Below the pieces are notes generated by a model. It was not told the DNA's origin. It ran no database searches and saw only the letters and a list, made by a program, of their open reading frames with translations. The position numbers were made by a program, and so were the translations under genes. Shown here one piece after another: positions 45,729-54,674 of a stretch of DNA of 57,446 nucleotides. Where the stretch lies: positions 1 through 57,446 of IMG/VR virus record IMGVR_UViG_3300021108_000002, one strand, 5' to 3'. How positions within the stretch are numbered: position 1 is the stretch's first letter; the number at the start of each line of letters is the position of its first letter. Source of the DNA: a virus. Lineage: Duplodnaviria > Caudoviricetes.

Positions 45729-46005
45729 ACTTAATTGTTTTATATTTGTTATCCGGCAGAATAGCTACAAGTGATTGATAATCATTAAGATGCTTAATAG
45801 GAGTAGCAGGAAAACCTGCTGATTTAAACAACTGACGTTCTAAATTATCTATTCTGGTCTTGTCTATATTAGACTGAGCCATTAGCAACTTTACATCAGA
45901 TTTAATCTCGTTTACATCATTCCAGATAAGCAAACTAACAAGAGATACAAGTGTTGGGAATACCCACACCTTGAATGCTGCTATAGATGGGTTCTCTTTG
46001 ATCAT
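45718..46005 (-). CDS. Membrane protein with coiled coil (lysis-associated)
   Basis: 95 aa, one TM then coiled coil. Confidence 0.5.
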   Translation of the reverse strand: MIKENPSIAAFKVWVFPTLVSLVSLLIWNDVNEIKSDVKLLMAQSNIDKTRIDNLERQLFKSAGFPATPIKHLNDYQSLVAILPDNKYKTIKYDF

Positions 46006-46013
46006 TTAGGTTT

Positions 46014-46289
46014 CTATTTTAAAAGTTTGAACTCATAAACAGAACCAAATGGTTTCTTTAGACTGATAGTCAACGTGTTAGGTACAATCCCACCGTTAGC
46101 GTCTCTACGTACAAAGTAGCGTAGTCCTGTTGGTTGGTTAACAACTACCTTTCCTCCACCTGCTGCAACATTTTGTGCAGGAATAAGGATTGAATCTGCA
46201 GGAATGTTAGCTGGAACAGTAACAGACATCATTGTGCCAGGAATTGGGAAGCCTAAAGCGTCTTTCTGGGCATAAAACTTTTTAGCCAT
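46014..46289 (-). CDS. Hypothetical virion protein with internal duplication
   Basis: FYAQKDALGFPIPGTM and YFVRRDANGGIVPNTL repeats. Confidence 0.55.
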   Translation of the reverse strand: MAKKFYAQKDALGFPIPGTMMSVTVPANIPADSILIPAQNVAAGGGKVVVNQPTGLRYFVRRDANGGIVPNTLTISLKKPFGSVYEFKLLK

Positions 46290-46422
46290 GGTATAATTAA
46301 TTTATATATAAATATCAGAAGTGTAAGATTTCTATAAACCCTACATTATAATATACAAAATATCTGTTAGAAAACCATCACATATAATATAATTTACATC
46401 CTTAAACATATAAACCATCAAT

Positions 46423-47049
46423 ATGAGTCATCAACTATGGACCACACTTATTAAGTATAGTGTTAGCCCTAATCAGATTTATTTCCTAGACTGCTGTAGA
46501 AGTAGAATTAAGCCAACTAACATCATCAATCCAGATGCTGAGGCTAATATCTGCAGAGCTAAGGGATATATTAACGAGCAGGGGGAGCTAACACAAAAAG
46601 CATTAGTAATTCTAGACGAGTTTGAGACTTTTCTTGTCAAAACAAAGAAAAAAATAGCTACAGAAGTGCTAGGTGACAAGTTTTTAGAAAAGATTGCATA
46701 TTACAGGGAGTTATTCCCAGCTCAGGCTTTACCGTCTGGGGCCATGGGTAGACAATCTGTAGAAGAGCTAAAGAAAAAGTTTATTGTATTCTTTAAAACT
46801 TATCCACAGTTTAACTGGCCCTTGGTTCATCTTGCCACTGACTACTATGTCTTTGAGAAAGAAAAAAAGGGATACATGTACATGATGAATAGTAGCTATT
46901 TTATACAAAAGACAGATAATATTAGCAAAACAACCAAGTCTGAACTAGCCGATCATTGTGAATTTCTACTAGATAATCCAGATATACTAAAACCTGCTTT
47001 AGCTAGTTATAAAGAACAAAAAAGTGTCTGGTTTCAAAAAGAACAGTAA
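46423..47049 (+). CDS. Hypothetical replication-associated protein
   Basis: 208 aa, first gene of replication block. Confidence 0.55.
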   Translation: MSHQLWTTLIKYSVSPNQIYFLDCCRSRIKPTNIINPDAEANICRAKGYINEQGELTQKALVILDEFETFLVKTKKKIATEVLGDKFLEKIAYYRELFPAQALPSGAMGRQSVEELKKKFIVFFKTYPQFNWPLVHLATDYYVFEKEKKGYMYMMNSSYFIQKTDNISKTTKSELADHCEFLLDNPDILKPALASYKEQKSVWFQKEQ

Positions 47050-47055
47050 AAATAT

Positions 47056-47086
47056 TTTGTCAATTACTAGAATTATCTTAAATTTG
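47056..47086 (+). promoter_or_regulatory. Bacteroidota-type promoter
   Basis: TTTG-N19-TAAATTTG matches the -33/-7 consensus. Confidence 0.65.
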
Positions 47087-47108
47087 AATTACAATAAAAC
47101 AATCCAAC

Positions 47109-47333
47109 ATGGTTAACACACCCAACAATTATGAAGAGCTTAGAAAGATATTTGAGTCTCTTCCTACCGTAGATGATTCAAGATCCAGTCTACGTATTAT
47201 AAACTTTGAAGTACTAAAAGGTATTGTAGATGACGCTACAAGAAAAGCTTATTTAACAGCAGGCATTGAGTCTTATACAAAGGCTAATGACATTATTAAA
47301 GAGGTTTTTAGTAAATCATTTCCTAGTTTATAA
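47109..47333 (+). CDS. Hypothetical protein
   Basis: 74 aa ORF. Confidence 0.6.
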   Translation: MVNTPNNYEELRKIFESLPTVDDSRSSLRIINFEVLKGIVDDATRKAYLTAGIESYTKANDIIKEVFSKSFPSL

Positions 47334-47345
47334 TACAAACCTTTT

Positions 47346-48401
47346 ATGGATCAAAAAATAGACAGACCTTATGGTGCTATTACGCATGCTGAAGGTTTAC
47401 GAATAGGTCTAAAGTATATTAACGATAGACGTAAAGGACGGATTAAGTCCTTAAAAACACCGTGGGATGCTATTAACAATGCTACTATTGGTGGTATAGA
47501 ATGGGGGAGCCTAGTTACAATTGGTGCTCGTCCTGCTGCAGGTAAGACTATGTTCATTAGTCACATTCTTAGAGAGTCTAAAAGACTTAATCCTGATCAA
47601 GAGTTTTCCATATTAGAGTTTCAGTTTGAAATGGGTGATGAGTCCTATGCTGCAAGAGAATTTGCGGCACAGGTTGCTATGGATTATAACGTAGTGCTCT
47701 CATCTAAAAAACAACTTGACGACTTTGCTTATGAGCAGATGGAAAATTATCTAAAAGAATCAGAAGAACTAGAAAGACTTGGTATTCAAAGAATACGTAT
47801 TAAGAAGCCGCTCACTTCTCCTGACATGAAAAAAGCTATCCATCATTATTTTAATGAACTGGGTGGTAAACCAATGATTGTCACTATTGACCACAGCTGG
47901 CTTGTAAAGAAAGCAGCAGACGAGAGAGAGAAATTACAGACTCTATACAACATAGCAGATATGCTGATTGATGTAAAAAGAGACCTACCTGTAATTGTAA
48001 TTATCCTTACACAACTTAATCGTACCATGGAAGATGTATCACGCAGAACTCCAGGTACAATTGCTAACTATCCTAGCTCATCAGATATATTTGGTGGTGA
48101 CGCTCTTATGCAGGGATCAGACTTAGTCTTTGCAATAAGTAGACCGTTTACACTAAACATAGAAGACTATGGGCCAGAACACTATCAAGCTAGTAAAGAA
48201 AACGTATTCCTTCATCTACTAAAGCTACGTAACGGTGCTACAGATGATAATATTATTTTCTTACAAACAGATTTCAAAAGACAGAGGATGATTGAGTCCA
48301 GTCCTCCACCTATGGTTCAGCAACAACAGCAGACATGGGCACCTAGAGGACCAAGAACAAACAGACAAGCACCTTCGGCTGATGTTGGCCAGGAATTATA
48401 A
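47346..48401 (+). CDS. dnaB: DnaB-like replicative helicase
   Basis: IGARPAAGKT, FQFEM, TIDH, LTQLNR and LKLRNG motifs. Confidence 0.88.
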   Translation: MDQKIDRPYGAITHAEGLRIGLKYINDRRKGRIKSLKTPWDAINNATIGGIEWGSLVTIGARPAAGKTMFISHILRESKRLNPDQEFSILEFQFEMGDESYAAREFAAQVAMDYNVVLSSKKQLDDFAYEQMENYLKESEELERLGIQRIRIKKPLTSPDMKKAIHHYFNELGGKPMIVTIDHSWLVKKAADEREKLQTLYNIADMLIDVKRDLPVIVIILTQLNRTMEDVSRRTPGTIANYPSSSDIFGGDALMQGSDLVFAISRPFTLNIEDYGPEHYQASKENVFLHLLKLRNGATDDNIIFLQTDFKRQRMIESSPPPMVQQQQQTWAPRGPRTNRQAPSADVGQEL

Positions 48402-48416
48402 ACAAAAATACACAGT

Positions 48417-48992
48417 ATGACAAGTAACACCCCACAAACAACGGACGTTAAAGAATTAAAAAGACTAAAGCTTGAGTCTATTAGAGACTACCATCAAGAT
48501 CTAATTGATGATCTACAGATTTCAAGAGTTGACTTTAACATGAAAATGCCATTCTATGATAAACATGGTAGAATGGTAGTAGGCATTTTCTCTTCAGAGT
48601 TTAGAAAAGACAAAGGTTTTTTCTTTGAGCTAATTACAAGAGACTTAAGCCCTGCAGATGCAGAACGTAAAGTTTACAGAGTTCCTGTAAGCGGATCTTA
48701 TGAGGAAGAGTATGAACTTAACGAAAAAGGTTCTTATCTTGTTCCCCTTGAAGAACTAAGAGTAGTAAATCCTAGCTCAGTGGCTATTAAAAAGACAGGA
48801 ATGTTTGGTATTGATACCGATCCATTACCTTCTTCTTTACCTAAGACACCTATGCAAGCTTACAAAGCTCCTGCTACAATGGAAGACGCACCTTACAGTG
48901 ACATGACTATTAGAGATTACTTTGCTATCCAAACAGGTAAGCCAGTAAGTTCTAAAACATGGCTAAACGAGTTAATCAAATCTACAAAATAA
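48417..48992 (+). CDS. Hypothetical protein
   Basis: 191 aa, C-terminal MTIRDYFA motif. Confidence 0.6.
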   Translation: MTSNTPQTTDVKELKRLKLESIRDYHQDLIDDLQISRVDFNMKMPFYDKHGRMVVGIFSSEFRKDKGFFFELITRDLSPADAERKVYRVPVSGSYEEEYELNEKGSYLVPLEELRVVNPSSVAIKKTGMFGIDTDPLPSSLPKTPMQAYKAPATMEDAPYSDMTIRDYFAIQTGKPVSSKTWLNELIKSTK

Positions 48993-48995
48993 CAT

Positions 48996-49679
48996 ATGGC
49001 ACAAGGGATTCTAATTATTGCAGAGTCTGGGTCAGGAAAATCAACAGCTATTGAGAACCTAGATCCAGCAGAGACGTTTATCATAAACGTAGCTAACAAA
49101 GCTCTACCTTTTAAAGGATGGAGAAAGAAGTATGTACCGTGGAGCAAAGATAACCCAACAGGTAATCTTTATTCTGCTAGTTCATCAGAACAAATAGAAG
49201 CATGCATTAAGTATGTTTCAGAGAAACGTAAAGACATTAAGAACTTAGTTGTTGATGACTTTCAGTATATGAGCTCATTTGAGTTCTTTGATAGAAGTGA
49301 CGAGAAAGGTTACGAAAAGTTTACACAGATTGGTGCTAAACTTGCCCGTATTGCACGTATGCCAAAGGATTTAAGAGAGGATCTATTAGTTTTTATCCTA
49401 ACCCATGCTGAAGAATCTACAGATATGGAAGGTAAAAAGAAGTTTAAAGCCAAAACTATTGGTAAAATGGTTGACGAAAAACTTACTTTGGAAGGATTAT
49501 TTTCCATAGTTTTGTTCGGCAAAGTTAAGAAAGACAAAGACGGTAACATCAGATATGTATTTGAGACGTCTAACAATGGTGAGAACACATGTAAGTCTCC
49601 CAGAGGTATGTTTACTGACTTTGAGGTAGAAAACGACCTAGCTTTAGTTAGAAAAGCTATCATAGATTACGAGAACTAG
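48996..49679 (+). CDS. Sak4-like AAA ATPase (AAA_24)
   Basis: AESGSGKST, VVDDFQY, LTHAE and CKSPRGMF motifs. Confidence 0.8.
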   Translation: MAQGILIIAESGSGKSTAIENLDPAETFIINVANKALPFKGWRKKYVPWSKDNPTGNLYSASSSEQIEACIKYVSEKRKDIKNLVVDDFQYMSSFEFFDRSDEKGYEKFTQIGAKLARIARMPKDLREDLLVFILTHAEESTDMEGKKKFKAKTIGKMVDEKLTLEGLFSIVLFGKVKKDKDGNIRYVFETSNNGENTCKSPRGMFTDFEVENDLALVRKAIIDYEN

Positions 49680-49719
49680 TATTCATTTTTCATTCACAAA
49701 TAGTTTAAATTAACAGAAC

Positions 49720-50331
49720 ATGTTTAGTACAAAAGGACAAGAAGTCAAAACAACAGGAGGGACAGCTAAGTCTCTACAAACAGGAGTAGTGTATGCACAC
49801 ATTTATAGTGGGCAAGTTAGAACATCTAACAAAGGTGATAAGAAAACCTTAGAGTTGATCCTAGAAGGACCAGCGTCTGAAGGTTTTGAAGGTTGGGCAA
49901 TTGATAAGAATGATTTAGAAGGTCCAAAGTTTACAGGACAATCAAGTCGTGTATCTGCAACCATCTGGACAGATCAGTTTAATGAGACCAACGTAACTAA
50001 AAATGAGATCATGTATAAGATTGCAGTTATTGCATCTGAGCTTGGTCTTAGAGATCAGATTGATAATATTTCTGCTTCTAATTTAGAAGAGTGGGTTGAG
50101 AAAGCAATGACTATGCTTAAAGGAAACAATTTATATTGGTTCTTGAAAGGTACAGAAGAAGAGTACAATGGTAAAACTATCATTAAGTTATCTCTTCCTA
50201 AGTATAAGTTTGTTTCAGCAGATGAAGCTAAGCTTGATAAGTTTGATAAGAACAACCAATACCACTATAAGGCTTTACAAAATAAGCCTGTAGCTAGCTT
50301 TGAGCCAGCTAATAGTGATTTTGATATGTAA
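49720..50331 (+). CDS. Putative single-stranded DNA-binding protein
   Basis: 203 aa after Sak4-like gene, acidic-aromatic tail SDFDM; call mainly from synteny. Confidence 0.5.
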   Translation: MFSTKGQEVKTTGGTAKSLQTGVVYAHIYSGQVRTSNKGDKKTLELILEGPASEGFEGWAIDKNDLEGPKFTGQSSRVSATIWTDQFNETNVTKNEIMYKIAVIASELGLRDQIDNISASNLEEWVEKAMTMLKGNNLYWFLKGTEEEYNGKTIIKLSLPKYKFVSADEAKLDKFDKNNQYHYKALQNKPVASFEPANSDFDM

Positions 50332-50348
50332 TTTACTGCTAGAAGACT

Positions 50349-50376
50349 GGGGGAGTGGTTTTACTCCCCCTTTTTT
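50349..50376 (+). terminator. Rho-independent terminator
   Basis: GGGGGAGTGG-TT-TTACTCCCCC followed by T6. Confidence 0.75.
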
Positions 50377-50393
50377 CGTTTAATCACAAGCCC

Positions 50394-51398
50394 ATGTTTA
50401 AGATAAAAAATATGGTACATGACATCAAGGATGTTCCTGTATCATGGATATTTGAACACTTTTGTAAGCTGAGAGAAAAGCTTGCTGGGCATGATGTAAA
50501 GATTAAAAGTCTTTTTAATTCTAAGGAACGTACACCTAGTATGTGTATTTACTACGAACCTACAAAAGATACATACAAGTATAAAGATTTTTCATCTGGT
50601 CACGGTGGATCTGCAATAGATCTAGTAAAAGAAATCACTGGATTAAATTATCATAAAGCTTGTACTCTTGTAGTAGAGAATTATAATGATTTTGTACTCC
50701 ACAATAATGGGGGGTACGATGTACAAAAATTTAAACAAGCTTCTAAATATAAAGTTAGTCAGTTTGTTTTCAGATCCTGGACCACTCAAGACCAATATTT
50801 CTGGACTCAGTTCAATATTGGATCACGTCTTCTAGATGAATATAATGTAAGACCTTTAGAGTATTACACTATGCATAAGGATTGTGATGAGGGACCCATT
50901 GATCTAACCATTAAAGGTAACTATCTATATGGTTACTTTAAATCAGATGGTACACTGTACAAAATCTATCAGCCCAAAACGTTAGATAAAAAATTTATAA
51001 AAGTAGATGACTACGTTCAGGGATCTGAACAAGTTAAAGCTGCACCTTATCTAATTATAACGTCTTCTCTAAAAGATGTAATGTCTTTAAAAAGTCTTAA
51101 GATTCCTACACTGGATATCATAGCACCAGACTCAGAGAACACTATCATACGTAAAGAACTTATGGATCAATACTTAAAGAAGTATAAGAAAGTAATTATA
51201 CTCTTTGACTTTGATGAACCCGGTATTAAAGCTATGGAAAGATATAAAGAATTGTATCCTGAAGTAGAGTATGCTGTTTTACCAATGAGTAAAGATCCAT
51301 CTGATTCAATTAAGGATTACGGTCCTAAAGAAGTATATGTAAGGTTAATACCTATACTTAATAAAAAAATTATAAATGACCAAGAAGAAAACAATTAG
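50394..51398 (+). CDS. DNA primase (crAss-like DnaG/TOPRIM)
   Basis: ERTPSM..KDFSSG N-terminus, IITSSLKDVM and FDFDEPG..KDPSD TOPRIM motifs. Confidence 0.82.
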   Translation: MFKIKNMVHDIKDVPVSWIFEHFCKLREKLAGHDVKIKSLFNSKERTPSMCIYYEPTKDTYKYKDFSSGHGGSAIDLVKEITGLNYHKACTLVVENYNDFVLHNNGGYDVQKFKQASKYKVSQFVFRSWTTQDQYFWTQFNIGSRLLDEYNVRPLEYYTMHKDCDEGPIDLTIKGNYLYGYFKSDGTLYKIYQPKTLDKKFIKVDDYVQGSEQVKAAPYLIITSSLKDVMSLKSLKIPTLDIIAPDSENTIIRKELMDQYLKKYKKVIILFDFDEPGIKAMERYKELYPEVEYAVLPMSKDPSDSIKDYGPKEVYVRLIPILNKKIINDQEENN

Positions 51399-51765
51399 AC
51401 GTACTGCAGCTCCTAAAACTAGGAATGCAGGTACTATGAGTGAGTCCGCATTTTGGACTTTCATTAGAAGTGCATTACGTCAAAAATCAAGATGGTGGAA
51501 ACCTATTACAGAGTGCAAACTAAAAGCTCGCAGACCTTATAAAGGTGTTAACAGAAGACAAAAGTTTGAATACCAATGTAATACTTGTAAAAAATGGTTT
51601 CCAGATAAAGAGATTAATGTAGACCATATAGTTGGAGCAGGTAGTCTTAACTGTTCTGCAGATCTTGCAGGGTTTGTAGATAGACTATTTTGTGAACAAG
51701 ATAACCTACAAGTGCTGTGTGAGACCTGTCATAATACAAAGACACAATTAGAAAAACAAAAGTAA
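51376..51765 (+). CDS. HNH endonuclease
   Basis: CNTC..VDHIV..NLQVLCETCHNTKT. Confidence 0.85.
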   Translation: MTKKKTIRRTAAPKTRNAGTMSESAFWTFIRSALRQKSRWWKPITECKLKARRPYKGVNRRQKFEYQCNTCKKWFPDKEINVDHIVGAGSLNCSADLAGFVDRLFCEQDNLQVLCETCHNTKTQLEKQK

Positions 51766-51766
51766 A

Positions 51767-51928
51767 ATGGAAGACCCTATAATTGAAGCTGTTATACAAC
51801 AGATAAAAGAAGACCTTGCCATGCAAGATGAAACTGCTATCTATGAACTTCTAGAGTTTTTACCAAAGAAAAACATGCTAGCCTATTTACCAGAAGAAAT
51901 TTCTGAACAATTAAAAAACTTTAAATAA
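51767..51928 (+). CDS. Hypothetical protein, 53 aa (not in track)
   Basis: MEDPIIEAVIQQIKEDL... fills the gap between neighbours. Confidence 0.6.
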   Translation: MEDPIIEAVIQQIKEDLAMQDETAIYELLEFLPKKNMLAYLPEEISEQLKNFK

Positions 51929-51929
51929 C

Positions 51930-52136
51930 ATGGAAGATATACATAAAGATACTTTCAGAGCAGAAGACTGTAGAGCTGAACTAGCTCAAGTAAAATCTGA
52001 ACTTACCAACTGTAATGATCTTATTAAAGAGTTAGTAGCTCTTCTTGAATATGAAGAAGCTCTCACTGTAGATACAAGATCACAACAAAAGATGAGTGCT
52101 AAACTAATAGAACTAGGACTATGGCCTAGTAGATAA
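51930..52136 (+). CDS. Hypothetical protein
   Basis: 68 aa coiled coil. Confidence 0.55.
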   Translation: MEDIHKDTFRAEDCRAELAQVKSELTNCNDLIKELVALLEYEEALTVDTRSQQKMSAKLIELGLWPSR

Positions 52137-52148
52137 AATCTAACTATT

Positions 52149-52541
52149 ATGAACGGATTAGAACAAATTGTATTTAGTACTGCCACTTGTAAAAAGTGTG
52201 GTGATGTACTTATATCAAGACATAGACATGATTATGTAATGTGTACTTGTGATAATAAAAGTATGTTAGATGGAGGTACAGACTATCAACGTTATGGTGG
52301 TGTAGATCTTGATTTATTAGATCTTTCTGGTACTGTTTATTTAACAGACGGTTTTGAAAAGTGTAGAGTGGTTCCTATTTGGGGTAGTTATGGTAAAGAT
52401 GGTACAGAACCTGTAAAATACATGTCTGTAGCAGAAATGGAAACGGAACACTTAGGAGCTATTATTAGAGAAATGGGTCCAAGAATTGAAAAATGGAGAC
52501 TTGATCTCATGAAACAAGAGTTAGAACAAAGAATAAATTAA
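52149..52541 (+). CDS. Zn-finger phage protein (CxxC..SRHRHDY..CxC..DGG)
   Basis: Widespread phage motif CKKCGDVLISRHRHDYVMCTC...LDGG. Confidence 0.7.
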   Translation: MNGLEQIVFSTATCKKCGDVLISRHRHDYVMCTCDNKSMLDGGTDYQRYGGVDLDLLDLSGTVYLTDGFEKCRVVPIWGSYGKDGTEPVKYMSVAEMETEHLGAIIREMGPRIEKWRLDLMKQELEQRIN

Positions 52542-52547
52542 AACAAC

Positions 52548-53579
52548 ATGGAGTTAGAACAAATCATGCAGGAATCTGCAGAAACATTAGAGAAAGACTT
52601 TTACTTAAAAAAGTTTTATTTTAGTTATAGTAGCCTTAACAAGCTCATGTGGAATCCAGCAGTATTTTACCAAATGTATATACTGGGAATTAAAGAAGAA
52701 CGTACAGATAGTCACTTAGTACAAGGTAAGATTGTACATGCTCTTCTTTTAGAAGAAGAAAAGTTTAATGATAATTTTATCATCAGCCCATCTAAACTAC
52801 CGGGTGATTCAGTTAAGATAGTTATAGACAGAGTGTTTGCTCACTATCAAGAGCTAGCTCAAAACGGTGATACACGTTCAGAGTTAAACCATTTTGATCA
52901 AGCTATCCTTGATGTAATGGTAGACATGAACTACCATCAGAGTCTTAAGACAGATCAACAACGTTTAGATAAAATTATTTCTCCAGAGTCTACCAGTTAT
53001 TGGTCATTCTTAAAAACTAAAGGTAATAAAACTCTTATAGATCAAGACTCTTATGAGTTCTGTAAGAATGCTGTAGAATTAGTTAAAACAGATAAAGACT
53101 TATGTAGTCTTATTGGTTGTAACATAACTGAATTTGACAATGTAGAAGTGTATAATGAGATTCCTTTAAGTGTAGAACATTCTAAAGCACCATTTGGTAT
53201 TAAAGGTATTATAGATAATGTTGTAATTAATCACGATAAGAAAACTATCTTTATCAATGATATAAAAACTACAAGTAAGGATCTAAAAGACTTTCCAGAA
53301 ACTATAGAGTTTTACTCTTATTGGTTACAAGCTGTAATGTATTGTACATTAGTAGCTAAGACTTATAAAGAACTTATAGAAATTAATGGATATGAAATGA
53401 AGTTCCACTTTGTAGTTATAGATAGAGCTTTTCAAACATACCCTTTCTTAGTAACTGAAAGCACCTTAAAAAGGTGGTTTAACAGAATGGAAGAAGTCTT
53501 AGAAGCAGCTAACTGGCATTATGTAAATAAAAGATACGATTTACCTCATAGTTTTGCTACAGGTAGCGTAGTTTTGTAA
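52548..53579 (+). CDS. PD-(D/E)XK exonuclease
   Basis: FSYSSL, GKIVH, KGIID, NDIKTT and YWLQAVMY motifs. Confidence 0.82.
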   Translation: MELEQIMQESAETLEKDFYLKKFYFSYSSLNKLMWNPAVFYQMYILGIKEERTDSHLVQGKIVHALLLEEEKFNDNFIISPSKLPGDSVKIVIDRVFAHYQELAQNGDTRSELNHFDQAILDVMVDMNYHQSLKTDQQRLDKIISPESTSYWSFLKTKGNKTLIDQDSYEFCKNAVELVKTDKDLCSLIGCNITEFDNVEVYNEIPLSVEHSKAPFGIKGIIDNVVINHDKKTIFINDIKTTSKDLKDFPETIEFYSYWLQAVMYCTLVAKTYKELIEINGYEMKFHFVVIDRAFQTYPFLVTESTLKRWFNRMEEVLEAANWHYVNKRYDLPHSFATGSVVL

Positions 53580-53591
53580 TCAAATATTAAA

Positions 53592-54152
53592 ATGATAGAC
53601 AGCTTATACACAAAATATTTCCAGAAATCTAGATCATTTCTGTTTCCTGCTTTGGGTATAAAGCGTACTAGCAATTTTACACCCTCTGGTACTTATCTCT
53701 CTATAGAAGGAGTGATAAGGCCAGAGGATATGAAGCTAGTTTGTAGTTTTATAGACGATAAGTCTGAAGGCTTCAAGGCTTTTGAGCAGCACATGCTTTT
53801 AAGTAATCCTTTATTCATAGAAGTTATACCTATACAAGGATATAAGTTATATGTGTTTGATTTTCAAATATATAAAGCAGATTGGTTCAATTTTATATTA
53901 GGTAAATACTCTAAGTTATCTAATGTATTAAAGAGAGCCATTAAAAACTATTACGGTGACAGATCAAGTGAGTATAAGTACATAGAAACATTTTTGTTTC
54001 CTGAAAAGTATTTTAGTATCTATGCAAAACTTCTAGATATAGATGTAAACGTACTAGAAAAGACAGGTGAATTGTGTGATGCTTGTGATATGAATAGAGA
54101 AAACTTAAAAATTCCCACAGAAGAGTTGGAATTATTAAAAAAAGGTACTTAA
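53592..54152 (+). CDS. Hypothetical protein
   Basis: 186 aa, GKYSKLS motif. Confidence 0.65.
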   Translation: MIDSLYTKYFQKSRSFLFPALGIKRTSNFTPSGTYLSIEGVIRPEDMKLVCSFIDDKSEGFKAFEQHMLLSNPLFIEVIPIQGYKLYVFDFQIYKADWFNFILGKYSKLSNVLKRAIKNYYGDRSSEYKYIETFLFPEKYFSIYAKLLDIDVNVLEKTGELCDACDMNRENLKIPTEELELLKKGT

Positions 54153-54157
54153 ATTTG
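54126..54157 (+). promoter_or_regulatory. Bacteroidota-type promoter
   Basis: TTG-N21-TAAATTTG. Confidence 0.5.
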
Positions 54158-54177
54158 TATAAATAATAAAAAAAAAC

Positions 54178-54582
54178 ATGAAAAATTCAATGATGTTGGT
54201 TACCAGTAGCTGGGGTAATGATAAGACTTTTAAGCTGATACCAATTACACCTGAATGCCCGTACAATGAGTGCATTTTTGACGTTTCAAGTAAAGTGTTA
54301 GCAGTTATCGGTAAAGAAAAGAAAGAATCTTTTCATATGATGCCTAAACTATCTGATGATGGTGATGTTTTACACTTAAAGATTGGTAAAAGACCAAACG
54401 GTAAAGATTACAAAGAAGAGAGAAAGACGCTTGCAACTTTCTATGAGTACTATGTTGAGAACCTTGATGAGATTAAAGACTTCATTAATATGTTTGCTGT
54501 TAACGCAGACAGTTTTGACTATAAAGAGTATGTAGATAAGAAATTAGAAACACCAAAACAGTCGAGTATTATAACTGTATAG
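54178..54582 (+). CDS. Hypothetical protein
   Basis: 134 aa ORF. Confidence 0.65.
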   Translation: MKNSMMLVTSSWGNDKTFKLIPITPECPYNECIFDVSSKVLAVIGKEKKESFHMMPKLSDDGDVLHLKIGKRPNGKDYKEERKTLATFYEYYVENLDEIKDFINMFAVNADSFDYKEYVDKKLETPKQSSIITV

Positions 54583-54609
54583 TATTAATTTTGTCCTATT
54601 AAACCAATT

Positions 54610-54633
54610 AAGGCAGATCTTCTGCCTTTTTTT
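54610..54633 (+). terminator. Rho-independent terminator
   Basis: AAGGCAGA-TCT-TCTGCCTT followed by T-run. Confidence 0.7.
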
Positions 54634-54674
54634 GGCGGCATAAAAGGGGGAACAGCTTAACTGAACCAAATACA

